Source of the DNA: Eukaryota sp. GEM-RC1
Lineage: Eukaryota
Length of the DNA stretch: 64,000 nt
Direction: 5' to 3'
Assembly: GCA_040285855.1 (NCBI GenBank)
Contig: JAUFOQ010000010.1
Location: 124,001-188,000 of the forward strand
Positions 47,210 to 61,033 of the stretch are shown here, piece by piece. How positions within the stretch are numbered: position 1 is the first letter of the stretch; the number at the start of each line of letters is the position of its first letter. The notes beneath the pieces were generated by a model that ran no database searches, was not told the origin of the DNA, and worked only from the letters and a program-made list of their open reading frames with translations. The position numbers and the translations under genes were made by a program.

Positions 47210-50200
47210 GCTGCTTCTATTGACTTCAACCAAAGAGACTAGGAAAAAGTGCTTTTATTTTACAAAGTTTGACTGAAGTACAATTTAAAGTGTTCGTATT
47301 AATAATATTAGGTGATGAACTAACTCTGTGAGAGATTTTTGATCTATTTGTACCAAATATTCATAACCGTCAAGCAAATTTTGAATTTTTGATCGTTCAA
47401 AAATCTATCAATATCACAAGAATAATCAGAGGTCTTCTCAGGATTTAAATCAAATAAGCAGTTGATAAAGGGCTTAATAACAGTTGACCATGGATGAAGA
47501 TGATCTAAGCTAAAATCAATCGAATTTGATTGGCTTTCAGCAGACAAAATGAAGAGACCAAAAATTGGATGTTGTTGATTAGAATTGAACTTAAAATTCA
47601 AAATATCATGATATTTGACATTAGATAGGACAATCCAGACAGGTAATTTTGAAATATTAGTAATTAACCGGGTCAAAAAGGAGTGATCGATAGACATGCA
47701 ATCCAAAAAGAAAACTTTGCATCCAAAAAGAAATGACAGAGACTTGAAAATTTTAAATATTTGTGAAGGAATTACACGATCTGAGGTCAAATAAATATTA
47801 ACTATAGATTCTGCTGCCCACTCATTAACTAAATTATCAAGAAATTGATCATCAACAAGTAAATGAGGAGGAACTAACAACTCATTAGAATAATTGAACG
47901 AAAATTTAAAATTTTGTGTTGCATGTCCAATGGAGAAACCATGAGACTGATGATCAAATTTCAAAAGCAAACGTGAATCAGCACCAATAAGCTTAGTACA
48001 AAGATTATCAGAAGTATCGATAACTTTTTGGGAATCTCTCAAGAACTGAATAGCTTCTGAGTTCATTAATATTAATGAACATAATAGATCAGACTTATTT
48101 TCTCTGAAAAGTAATACTAATTCATTGATATTAATCAATAAACCACTAATCGTATCATTGATTACGTGAGGGTCATAAAGACACGTGCTGATCACGTGTG
48201 ATACTTTCTTGGAAATATTCAACATTTCAACAACAAAAATACAATAGAAATTTGACTTTTTAATCCACTTTGGCCGAGATTCTTCAGAATAATCTTCAAA
48301 AGTCTTGAGTAGATTTGATCGGAAAGTTGAAGTCACCAATGAATCAAGAGTAGAGATCAAATCGGAAGCAGAATCGGCAACAACTACTGAGGTGGAAAAA
48401 TCCCAATCCGAGAACCCTAAAATTTCAAATATTTCGAAGGATTCAGGGTCCGTACTAATTTCGGAAAAATTGGAAAATTTGAAATCGACACTTGGAAACA
48501 GAACCGATAGAAGATTATTCAAATCTTTAAACTTTTTGGAAAAGTTCATTGCCATGAGGTCAACATTGGAAATCATCGATAAAAGCGGGCATTCTAAAAC
48601 ATATTGTTCCAAAAATTCAAATATTTTCGAAAAATAAAGTGATATATGTTCAGAAATCTGCTCTACTTGATGTTGAACATCTGCAGCAGCTTTAGATCCA
48701 GAATCGTAAAACACAGAAATAAAGTCTGGATTTAAAAACTTAGACCTCATCAGACTATCCCAATCACTGAGATTAAAATTGGAAATTTTTGAAATTTTGT
48801 AGACGTGTTTAAAGTTTTGAGACACCTCTGCAAAGAGTCGAAGATCCTTTTGACAATTAACAACTGTTGCAACAAGACTGTGAAGTTGTTTCAAAAACTT
48901 TTGAAAACTGTGGGCATTTTTTAAATTATTTTGATCATCCCTAGAAATGAGAGACTCTGTCTGAGCTAGATGATCATTGATAACAGACAACAATTCACTT
49001 TTAAGAGTGATTGGCTTTGAGGTGACGTCAAGTGCAGAAACATTATGCCAATAATTGAAAATTTCATCAAATTGCTGTTCTAGCTTATATTCATTTTGAG
49101 CTCTCAAACAAGTTGATTTTAGGACACCGAAATTGACCTCATCAAAAAATTGGCAGATTTCAAAAATTTAAATCAATTGACTTCAATTTTGAAAATTTTT
49201 GTTCCAAATTCTGAAACATCTCGATCCAATGGTGATCTTTTAAATTAGAATCGAGAAGAAGCTTAATTTTAGGTAAAAGTAATTTAAACTTGGAAATTTT
49301 GTCATTAAAATGAGGTAAAATTGGCTCAGTTTTTAGTGTTTTTTCAACAGAGTGAATTGTTTTTGAAACTTCAGAAAGTTTTGTTTCTATCTTATTGAAG
49401 TCCAAGTTACCAAAAGACTTAGAAGAGATATCTACTTCAAAATTGTTCCAATCATCAAGGGATTTCCACAAAATCAATCGACTATCGACAACTTTCCTTA
49501 ACGAAATCAAATTGGGAAAGTCAGTGACAGACGCCTTTCCCAATCGGTCTTCATACTGATTGCAGATAGTGATTGTGCCCGCAACTTTATTTAATTTTTC
49601 AGTGACAGCGAAAAGTTTCTCAAGCACTACAGCAGGATCAATAAGAGTTTGGGAAAAGAAAGGAGCGTATACTTCTGTTAGAATTTCTAATAAATGATCA
49701 TCAATTTGTTTAGTTAATATTGACAATTCAGATCTCATATCAGGTAGCTTCAAATCAACAGCTGATTGAGTGGATTCAATCATATTTAAAAAAAGATTGA
49801 GCACACTCTTCAAAGAAGAATATTTTGAAGTTTCGTTAACACTTATACCAATTTTAAATTTGTTCAAAATATTGAAGAAATCATCAATTGAACTAATCTG
49901 ACTGTCTATTTCAGGCTGAACTGAAGATTTCAGATCGTTGAATCCCTGCAAAAACTTTGAAAATTCTGGTAATTCCGACGGTACATGGGAATAAGTTCTG
50001 GTTAAATCTCTAATTCGATCTGAGACTGAAAGACAACGTGATGAAAAGGCTTTCTTCGAAGAGTCTTTTAATAATTGTAAATATTTGGCGGGAACTTTGT
50101 GAATTCTGTCGATCAACTGTTTCCGGTTAACACTTAAAAGTCCATAAACAAGGGGTTTTTTAGGAGCTTCATCAATAATTTGGCGCCAAGACAAAAGTAA

Positions 50201-52043
50201 GTTAAACTCGGAAACGATTTGCTTATTGTCCCAGGACAAAACCAGATCATCGAATTTTTCAAATTTGTCAGCAGAATCATATTTAAAAATTTCAACCCAA
50301 GGTTTTGAATATTCTAAAGCATGATTGTGAGCTCTAGAGAAACAATTTGAAATTTTAGAGAATATTTCAATCCTAGTATTTTTAAGGTCTAAATTCCCTG
50401 TCAACAGCTCAGAAATTGAAAAAAGATTAATATTTTCAAAATTTCGATTGTAGGATAGAACTGGAGCTAAATAAAGCGGTTGATGAGCAGAAATAATACT
50501 TGAATCAATATTTTCAAATATCTCAGAAAATTTGGATATCAGGTCATCTTCACTGGGAGAAAATTCCACAAGATCATTTAAGTGATTTTCAGAATTGTTG
50601 AAATTTAAAACCGTGGTAAAAATTCCACTAGTTTTCGAAGAATGTCGGTGTTCTAGAGATTCAATAGTATTCAACATATTTAAAAATTTAAGGGAATCAC
50701 ACAAAACCCTCTTTACGACGGTACACTTTAACATTTCTTCAATCAAAATAATGAATCGGTGAAAGCGACTTTCATCACGTTTACTTTCCTTCATAATCTG
50801 ACGTTTCAGTAACTGATTTTTCTTTGCCTCCACGATTGCGATGCTCTTAAATACATCAATGTCGGAATCTGAATCGTCATCATTTTGATTTCTAACCCCC
50901 GTGATTGATTGCTTGTGAAGACTTTCCTGAATGAAATTAATCGTAGAAGAAACTTCAGTCTGAGTATTTTGAAATAATTCGAGAAAGCTACTTCTCTGTG
51001 AATTGACAAGTTCGACCATGTCTTGCACATCAGTAAAATTATTATTTTCAGAAATTACAAAAATTGGAGAGGATTGTAGAGAATAAATGAATTTCTTCAA
51101 AATTAAAAATTCCTTAACGAAGGCAGGACGCAAACACAGAAGATTATTACTCAATCGTTTTAAATTTCTCTTAAATTTTAATTTTTTGATCCAAGCCAAC
51201 CAACCAAAGAAGAATCTAAAAATCAAATTATGCTTGAAGAAATTTAAACATCGCAACAAAGTATAAATTCCACTTTCTTTTATCCACTGGGATAGATGAA
51301 TAAATTCCATTTGAGAATAAATCTTTTTGGAGTAGTTGACATTAACAAACTTTACCACACCATTTGGAAGAAAGTGTGTAGTAAACCGGAAAACTTGACT
51401 TTTGTAGACTTTCATAATCAATGACGTTTAAATGATAGGGATTCCAATCAAAATCCTGAGGTTGACTTCCATCTACTAAAAATAGAAACAATGATGACGA
51501 TTGAGGGTTCTCCAGAAAGAATTTGATTGCATCTTGACTATTCTGAACGTGATTCATGACGTCATTGGGATTTGAAGAAAGAACACTCGAAGAATGAAAA
51601 GCTGATTGGTGACGTGATGATTGAGAGGAAAGTGGGGGAAGGAGATTGGAATGAGATAAATCACGGAAGAGTGACTGAGATGGGGTCCTGGTTTCGTCCC
51701 TTTTTGAAGTAGTAGTTGAAGGAAGAGGAGGGAAGGTGAATGACTTTGGACTGGATAGAAACTTCGAGAGTATGACGTGTTCAGTGAACAGCGCTGAAAG
51801 AGAATCGATGAAGCTGTCTAGGACCGAGGAGAATGAGGGGGAGCGAACTAGAAACTTGAATGATTTCTCGAGATAGGGAATGAGCTTAGTTGAGAGAGGA
51901 ACTGATATGAAGCAATCACGCGGAAAAGAATCTATGAAAGAGACAACTTCAAACCAATACGATTCATCTCTAAAGCGTTGACGTTCTGAAAGCAGTTCAA
52001 CAAGAGTACGCTCAAACTGCTTGTACAACAAGACATTCTTCAT
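47210..52043 (-). CDS. Divergent dynein heavy chain-like protein (tail/linker region and degenerate AAA1), frameshifted and truncated
   Basis: NPYHLNVI...YYTLS..G, LSQWIKE, LWKSLDDW, LKDHHW and AQNEYKLEQQFDEIFNYW match axonemal DHC N-terminal and linker motifs. Built from ORFs 51342..52079, 49160..51421 and 47344..49107. Confidence 0.75.
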
Positions 52044-52118
52044 TGTCAGAAGAAAAGATGGTTTAGTAGGAGGGTTCAAGCAAATTTTGCAAGACGAAAC
52101 TTGAACACTGTGGTCTCC

Positions 52119-53900
52119 ATGGCCCCTTCCTTCCCCTCTCGTTCTTTCGGTTCTCGAGACAGAGGTGCGTTTCAGAGACTTTCATCTGTGTCTTTATCGA
52201 CTACTTCCCCAATTGACGAAGCAGTTGACAATGAATCTTCCTCATCTGATGAATGTCCCTTTGAATTCTCTACATCTATTGCTTCCAATCCGCCCAACGC
52301 TGCAATATCTTCCAGAAAACTAATAGGAAGTTCTATGCTTCAGTCTACTGGGGGTATGTCCTCTGCTCTTAGTGAAATTCAGTTCTTGTTTTTCCCTCGG
52401 TTTAAGAAATCTGAGCTTCCTCAATCCTTAAACAGTCTCAACCACAAACTCTTGTCCTTTCCTCGTTTGGCTTCTGTTCTTTATAGTAAGGGTTGGATTC
52501 GACATCTTATAAATGCTGCTGTCCATGGTCTTGGTTCTACTATTAATAGTAGTATTGTCCCATCAGTCGTATTCTTCGTCCTTTTGAAGACTAATCTGCC
52601 TTCATTTGCTGTATTACTGTCACCTGCTGAGTCTCTTGGAATTACGACATTTGTTGATTCCTTTATGAATCATGACGTTAACCTCACGTCATGTGACCAA
52701 AAATTAATTAAGCCCTTCTTAAGTTTAATATTTAAAAAGTTACATTGTTCGCATTTAGAGTTTACAAATTATCGGTTTATTTCTTTTATATTATTACTCT
52801 CAGTAATTCAGTCTTCATCTGTTTTATTAACCTTGACTGAACAACAACATATTTCCTCCAAGATTTATCAAATTTTAAATAATTTAAACTATCTGGAACA
52901 CCATGATCTCCATCTCTTTTTAGAATTATTTCATGATGTTTCTTTTTGAAGCCAGAAATCAACACAAAACGCCGTGTTTGTCAAGTTAAAGTTTTAAATA
53001 TTCTAGAAAAATTCTTCGCCTTGAGGACGAAATCTGGTTTCAATACTTGTGATCAATGTCGTGAACTTTTTTTAAATCTGACGATTAACTTAAGTGCAAA
53101 TTTAAGTTTGAATTCCGACCACAATTTAACTGTTTCAAATTTTAAAATTTGGAATGGACTGTTTTTCAAATTATTTGATGAGTTTCGCTTATATTCTGAA
53201 GAAAGTTTTCTCATTTCCAATCAGTCTGATATTTGTCTCAAATACATTGTAGCGCTTTCAAACTTTTTAAATGTCTCCTATTTTCAAAATTATTTCGATG
53301 ATACTACTTTTTTGGAAATTGAATCTGTTCAACAATGCTTATCTTTCTGTTCTAGCCTTCTTGACCGGTTAATTAGCCTGTTTAGTACCACTTTTGATGA
53401 TTCTTTGGAGTTCTCAATAATTTCTGGACATTTGGCGTTTTTCATTGCTGGACTGTGTGTAAATTTCTTTAAAACTGTTGAAATTTCATCCCAAAACCTA
53501 CATTTATTAGACTTATTGAAGCAGACGAATTTAATTCCTGCTATAATTTTAAAATATTTGGACAATTTTATCGTTCTCATCGAAAGTTCCAGTTTTCTTA
53601 CTAATGTTGATACTCAAATTGAAATTTCTCAAATTATAGAAAATTTTAAAATGACTTTACATTCTTCGTGAATTTGACTTTTTAGGTTAACTTCGACTAC
53701 TTCACTCGTGATTTTTTTTGATGACGTGATTGATGACGCGTCAGTAATTCTATTGGTGCATAGAACTACATTACTACATGTATATTTTAAAAAAGGAAAT
53801 TCAATGACCCAGTTAAAGATTATTCAAAGAAATCAAATTTTTCTTTCTTTCAATTTTTAACTATTTTTATACACCTTTTCTTTGTAATATTCAACAACTT
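52119..53900 (+). CDS. Hypothetical helical protein, frameshifted
   Basis: Consecutive ORFs 52101..52949 and 52946..53671. No motif recognised and the end is approximate. Confidence 0.5.
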
Positions 53901-54419
53901 CAATTCAGTAATTTCAACTAATAATAATCCATGTCAAATTGGTTAAGAATGGATATGGAAAGAAACTTGCAACCCCGAACTATGATGCAAAAGACAGCAG
54001 TATGTCTCCAAATAATAATTTATCAGTTCAGTAATAAAGGAGAATAGTTCCTTTTGAATTTTGAAAATCCTAAACGATATATTCTGTCATAATGGATGAT
54101 TAAACATTCCAGTTTCGTTGCTAAGCACATACTTTTTTTTGATTGATATTGTGTTGAGATTATTTAAGATTTAAGATTGTTCTAAGCAGCCAATATTTCC
54201 AATTAAAGAATTAGAAACACGGGTTTCGCAAATGAACTCAATACTGTGCCTCCTTACTAATGCTTCTATAAATAGACCATTTTGTTACTCTAATGGAATG
54301 AATTGTTATATGAGCCCCCTCAGGATTTTATGCAGGCTATATAACTAAGATTGCTGACTCTGAATGAGAACACTGGTGACTTTCTTAAAAGAAATGATTA
54401 TGAAGAAGAAGAAAAAAAA

Positions 54420-57400
54420 GACAGTTTATTGATGGGGAGTACAAAAATACATATCATAATAAAAGCTATGAAACACTAGACACCGAAAATTCCTGGTCAA
54501 CAGTACCACAGTTTTTATACAAGTTTTTGAAAATTGATTTAAACAACTTAGGCGTCGAACAGAACAAAGAAAAAATCAAACGGTTATGCCAAATTGATAA
54601 GTTAAATCTCTTATTCTGAGACTTACACATAGATCCAAAATCAGTTATAAACTTAGAAGCCATTTCACCAATACTACCAAAAATAGAAATAGCAAATGGA
54701 ACAAATACACTGTATAAATTTTGAATATAAATTTTGATTTTTCGTTTATTTTTTTATTATAAATGTAATAGATCAAACAACTAGAATTTGATATCATTAA
54801 AACAACACCCGTCGCTATCAAACCTTACAACAGCTTTGTCCTCATAAAACGAACTCACTGCTAATAAAGCTTTGGAGATGATTAGGGGAACTGTTTTAAA
54901 AACATTAAAATCGATCCGAATTTTGATTGAGTTTAGCAACATCTTTGGAATACAAATCAATTTTACGTTTTTCAGCTGTTTCTAGGTGATTAAAACCTTT
55001 TGAATTCAAGCCATTGACATAAGTTTGAGCACATGGATCAACTGTTGTAACATCAAGGATAATTTGACTAGAAAGAAAGAAGAAGTTGTAATATTGAGGT
55101 ACTCATTTACTGAAATTAAGTTATTCTCCTTGTTTTTTATTGAGTTTCTGGAATAAAAATACTCTGTAGTTTGAGTTTTTTTGGACGAGTAGTTTGAGTT
55201 GAAAACAGATATGAGGATTAACATGAACTGTCATGTGATATCAGTGTCATGACAATTCTCAAAAGCGTGTAATGTCCAAGTATAAAGAGCGAACATATTT
55301 CGATTAACCCTTACAGCACTATTGACATTAGTACAGCATAAAAGACTAAAATCACTGACACAATTCAAACCTGCTGGACCAATATTACCAAAAATTGGAA
55401 TCGCAAATGCAACAATTGAAAACTTATAATATAAGCATCATTGTTCAAATATAAACCAAAAGGTTATCGTTGTTGAGTGATAAAGCTAGAACATTGTGTT
55501 GAATGCCACATTAAAAAGCTACACTAACGGCATTGTCAATCTTAGTCACACTAAGTCTTTTACTAAAATCCAAGTCTTCCAACCCAAGTAATGTAGCATT
55601 CTGTAACTTAACTACAGCAAGAGGTAGAAATTCAATTGACCGAACGGAAATAGAGGAAACACTTTTCGAGAATCTTTTGTTTCAAACTTCAATACACAAA
55701 CCTTGAACTAACACCTCCAAAAAGTTTTTCAATAAAGCATAAGAGCCGTCTACAACTGAATCGAAAATATTTTCGAACCGACGCATACTCTCAAAAAGAA
55801 AGTTGATCATACCACCAACAAAAGCACTTTTATATAAATGCTCGGCTCTTGAAAAACCAACACCACCAAATATTGAACTGAATTGGCATGATAAGGAATA
55901 TTGGAACTATTGATTTCAACCATAGTTCGAAATGCGTACGACACGTTCGGTAACGTACTTCATACGCGCACGTGCGGAGTACGTGCGGCTTCTTTACCGT
56001 ATTCCAACATATTCTTCTTTTTGATCTTCTTTTCTGTTAACCAGCACCTATTATATATTATACAATACTGTTGATGAAACAAATACTACAACTCTTCATT
56101 CAGGTAGGGATTTACAACAATACGGTATTCTGGTTCATCTTTAAGAAAGTCATGGTCCTTATCAATACATTCAGCAATACACTCATCAATTACCCAGGGG
56201 ATCACAAGATCTTTTTCTGCTATTTTAATATTCTGGTGTTTCCGTCTTTGATTGGCGTAAAGAAATACAAAATCATGCAGGAGTGAAGCTTTCATCCTAT
56301 TGCCTTTCTTGGTTTTAATGATGGAGTGCACAATCCAATTTCTCTCGACAGCTGATTGACTTACAATTTTGATTGGTACTGAACGTAGAATACCATCTCG
56401 TGAGCCATTTTTTTCCCACAAAGATTTGGGTGAACATTTCTCCATTTCTTGCCATGATGGTTGTTTTTTGAAAAAGCTACGTTTGTTCTCGTAATCATAA
56501 AACTCACTTAAAGCATCAGTGTAATGTTCTAATCTAATGAACTATATGATAAAAGAAATGCAACACGTGTTTATGTAAGAATACGGTATTCTCGCACGTG
56601 TTCTGCCGGACTCCATACGCGCACGTGCGGAATACGTGCGGCAACTGAATAACACGTTCGCATTTCGAACTATGATTTCAACCAAATTCCCTAAAAATTG
56701 AGTTCTCAAAGGGTTGAACTCACGAGCAAAACCAAGAGAAAGCTCAGGTGGTAAAGATCTAAGAAGATGATTGATTTTCGATCCAAAGCAGACCGAAAGT
56801 ACTGAAAAAGCCGAGTGGTTTTCGATCTTCAGATCTTGTATAGTCTGCAATTGAACTTTGATTTTCTGAAGATAATTCTTGAGCACTCTCAATCTGCAAA
56901 GGAGCCCCAAAAGACGGACTGCTTCAGTGTTGTAGTCCACAAACTGGATTGATTGCTCACCATACATAAGTTCCGCAAACCGCTTACCAATAAGAAAACA
57001 TTTAGGTAGTTTTTTTAGGTAGTTTGATTTCTAAACCAATTGATTGAGATAAACTTACAAAATGTTAAACCATCCTTAAGAGAAGTTAAAGGACCAATAA
57101 GAGAAGAATCATCAGCGTAAGCACACAAATGCATATCAGGAAATCTGTCTTTAAACTTAACTAAAATGAATTGAAGAGCCAAACAAAAGAAATAGGGTCC
57201 TAGAGGATCCCCTTGTTTAACTCCTCTTGTTGAAGAAATTACTTTAGAATGAAAAACAAGATCAGATGGAGATCCATACATCAATTTAAAATATGGTAAA
57301 GGGGGTGGAAAGTGTTGTTCCAATTTAGAGAAAATACTTGAGCGAAGGATTGAATTGAAGGCATTCTTATAATTCCAGTACGATCTGTTAAACTTCTTGC

Positions 57401-60100
57401 CAAATTCTGAACACAAATTTTCAAATAAATTGAATAACTCCATAGTAGATGAGCCGAAATTTCCGTACAAAGAAACCGCAAAACGCTGAAATACGTTATT
57501 GTGTCTTCATGAATTGAATGCAGCAACTTGATGTACGTACGTTGACACTTGAGCGTTCTCAGCGTCTTTCAGCGGATCATTTGAAGTATTCAAAATGTTG
57601 GCAATAGCTGAAACTTTGCAAGGATCAACGGTCGTAAAATCAACAACAATTTCTTGGCATGACAACCAAGGGCCAATAAAATCACTACGTTTCTGAGTAG
57701 AATCAGGGTGATCTGAAAGATGAGAAAGTAATGGTTCGGCTTTGACATGGAAACCACCCGCCTTAAACGTTTCCAAACGTGTATCTCGAAGACTGTTGTG
57801 CAAAATTGAACGATATATATGAACTTTGAACAATTGACCAAATGATGAAAGCTAGCCTTATGTTTGTTTTTACAGATACACGTGCTGTTCTGTAACATAC
57901 CAAGTGGCCAAAAACCTAAACGAAGTCTCATGCTGACAAGCCATTCATGATCTTGTAAACCAAAATTAAATATCCCTGACAATTGAGTAATGAGAGTAGA
58001 TGCTGAATCACTAAAAATGCACAGAAAGAGGAACTTTTAACTTTAGCCAAGCTAATGCAGTTAGTATAGTCCAAGCTCTCATGTAAAGATACAAATTTCT
58101 TCTGCAATTTTCTAACACCAAGAGGAAGGGAGAAAAGCGTAAGGTGTTTCATTAGTATTATTTGTTTGTTTTTACAATTTCATAGTTTTGTAGGAAGGTT
58201 ACCTTATTGGGTGCCGAATAAAGTATTCTGATTTACCAAAGGAAGTTAAAAAACATTGTGCAGTCGGTCCAATATTACTGTATATCGACATCGCAAAAGG
58301 TTGAAACACAAAAGAATTGCACCTGTCAACATTCAATTGGTTAATTAAGTGACAGTACTTTGCATTTTTTCCTTTTTCTGCCACTTCAAGAGCACAAAAA
58401 TCATCATCAAATATTTTGGAAATTGATCTCGAATTACAAGGATCAACAGTCGTGAAATCCATGATAATTTCCTAACAAGATAACCATGGACCAATCAAAT
58501 CACCACGACTTCTATCAACTTTTGGCTGATCAGAAAGATTAACAAGTAAAGTTTCAATTTTTCCATGAATACCATTAGCCTTAAACATATCCAAACACGT
58601 ATACCGGATACTGTTGAGAATCATTGATCTATAATGAATAAATTGATGACAGTTAACTAAATGAAGAGACGGGGTTTATGATCAGTCAGTGAAATAACTA
58701 AATGAGGAAAATTTGAAGCCATTGAACGACCACAAAGACATGGAGAATGCTTCAAAAGACCTGAAGGCCATAAACCTAACCTAAGTCTCATGTTTATAAG
58801 CCATTCATGATCCTTAAGATTAAAACAAAATTTTCTTGGCAAACGAGAAACAAATGAAGACGCAGAGCTTGAAGAAATGACATTCAAAAAAGCACAAAAA
58901 GCGGGACTCTTAGTCATAGCCAAGCTAATACGGTTTTTAAAGTCCAAGCTTTCGTGAAACAAAACAAACTTCTTCTGTAACGGCAAAGGCAAAGAGAAAA
59001 TGCTTCTCTGCTGAATTTCTGTCACCCCAACAGGAAATAAATCTGACCACAAAGTGGAGCCACGATTATCAATTAAATTTTGAAGCTTAATTAACCATGC
59101 ACAAGGTGAGTGAAGTAAAAAATCTTTCGTTTTCCATAACACAGGATAACGATTCTGAAATTCAAACAAAAAATTCTTTAAAGACCCCAAAAAGGCACCA
59201 TCACGCATGTAAATCAATACCACCAAAAGAAGTAGAAATGAAACAATGGGAAGGAAGTGAAGAGTCTTTGTTACCAACCAGATAACTAACAAAATTTGTG
59301 CGCAATGAATTAAAATTACGCGATAATTCGAGAGTTAGTTCAGACGGTAAACCACATAAAAAGTGAATAATTTTACCACCAAAACAAACTTGCAGCATAG
59401 CAAAAGAAATTTTTTTACCTACATCGAGATCAACAATTTGGTTAAGCTGCCTGAAAGATACAATTATTCTTATATGATAAAGTCTCCTTAATTTTGTCAT
59501 CATCACCAATATAATTGCCCAAAAACTTGACACATTCATCTGAATAATTGACAAACGGAATGAAGATTCCCCAAAATTCAAATCAACTAAAGAACGTCCA
59601 ATGACAAGACACTTTTGAAAATTAATTGACAAACCAATACTTGAAGAAGACAATTCAACAAAACGAGGAAAACTCGATTTAATGACTTCCAAAGGGCCAA
59701 CCAAAGAGGTATCATCAGCATACGAGTTCAGCCTTAATCCTGGGAATTCGCTTGAGAACTTGCGAAGAATTCTTTGCAACGGCAAACAGAAAAGAAAAAG
59801 GGCCAAAAGGATCACATTGTTTGACACCACGAGTGGATGAAATCGTAAAAAATTCAAATGACCGTACATAATTTCAAAATAAGACAGTGATGTCAGTCAT
59901 CAAACTAGCACTTATTGTACCATCTACAATTCCAATACAATACTGAAAAGGTCTGAAATATTCCACAGCCTTACTTTTCACCCTTTCAAAACAAATAGGA
60001 GAAAATACATTACTCACACATTCGCCAATTGCAATTGGTCGAACACCATTACACGGTTTAGATAAAGCTACTAAACGACTTTTTTTTCAACAGAAGGAAC
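54420..60100 (-). mobile_element. Head-to-tail stack of CRE-like retrotransposon fragments
   Basis: KNAFNS...GVKQGDPLGP...AYADD (57015-57370), SYADD (~59715), RLVALSKPCNGVRPIAIGE (~60020-60080) and several zinc-knuckle/REL ends. Confidence 0.85.
55921..56674 (-). mobile_element. Non-autonomous hAT element inserted into a retrotransposon RT
   Basis: 16-bp TIRs CATAGTTCGAAATGCG / CGCATTTCGAACTATG. 8-bp TSD ATTTCAAC at 55913-55920 and 56675-56682. Dimerisation-domain remnant SQSAVERNW...KKGNRM. Confidence 0.92.
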
Positions 60101-60134
60101 AAAAACTTTTTCGTTTTAAATGTACCTTTGTATA

Positions 60135-60985
60135 TAGTGGACCTTCTGGATCTATTTCTTAAATTCCAAAGGTGTTTGGATTACATCTATCTGATGAAGC
60201 TTGGATGATTAATATGCGTCTTCGTTTGGCTATTTGGCCTGCAAATTTATTAAACTATTCAACTTGCTCTTGTGGAGCTAATGGTGTTTTTCATCATTTA
60301 ATTAATTGTCGTTCTTTTATTCATCTACGTGCAGTAATTCATGATGGTGTGAGTGATTCTTGTTATTCCATGTTTAAAGCACATGGTTTTCACTCTAAAG
60401 TTGAACCAGTTTTGATTCATCTTTCAGAAAATGAATTTGCTGATCAAAAAGAGGGGATCTCCATACTCCGTGGCTCAAATCGAGTCAATCATTAATGGAT
60501 TTTACTACAGTAGATGTTTGTAACAAATCTTGTGTTAGTATGATATTAGATTCGTCTTATAGTCCGTTAACGGCTGCTGAAAAGCTCAAACACTCCAAGT
60601 ATGACTCTCAAATAGAAGAATTAAATCGAAACTCATATTCCAAATTGTGTTTCAACCTTTTGCTGTTTCTCTTTTTGGATCTATTAGTCCTGCTGGTGAT
60701 CAATTTTTCAAGGATTTCGAAGAATTGTGTAACGAAAAGAAGCGTATGTTTAGAATGGCTGAATGGAAAAACCGTATAGTGTTTTCCATACATCGGAATA
60801 TGCCTTTCTATTTCTCTCGATTATTTGAGAAATTGTACAAGTTTGATGTGAAGGTTAATGTTGAAAAAAGTAATCATTTACCGGGTGGTGGTGAAGCCGT
60901 TTGGATCTGATCATAGTATTATTTGTTTGTTCTTACAATTTCATAGTTTTGTAGGAAGGTTATCTTGTCGGGTACCGAATAAAGA
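60135..60985 (+). mobile_element. 3' portion of CRE-like family A
   Basis: ORF 60172..60495 is identical in protein sequence to 41824..42147. Ends in the family 3' UTR with AATAAAG. Confidence 0.85.
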
Positions 60986-61033
60986 TTGTCCATTCAAGGT
61001 TTTTCAACTTGCTTTGGTAAATTGTGTTCTGAG

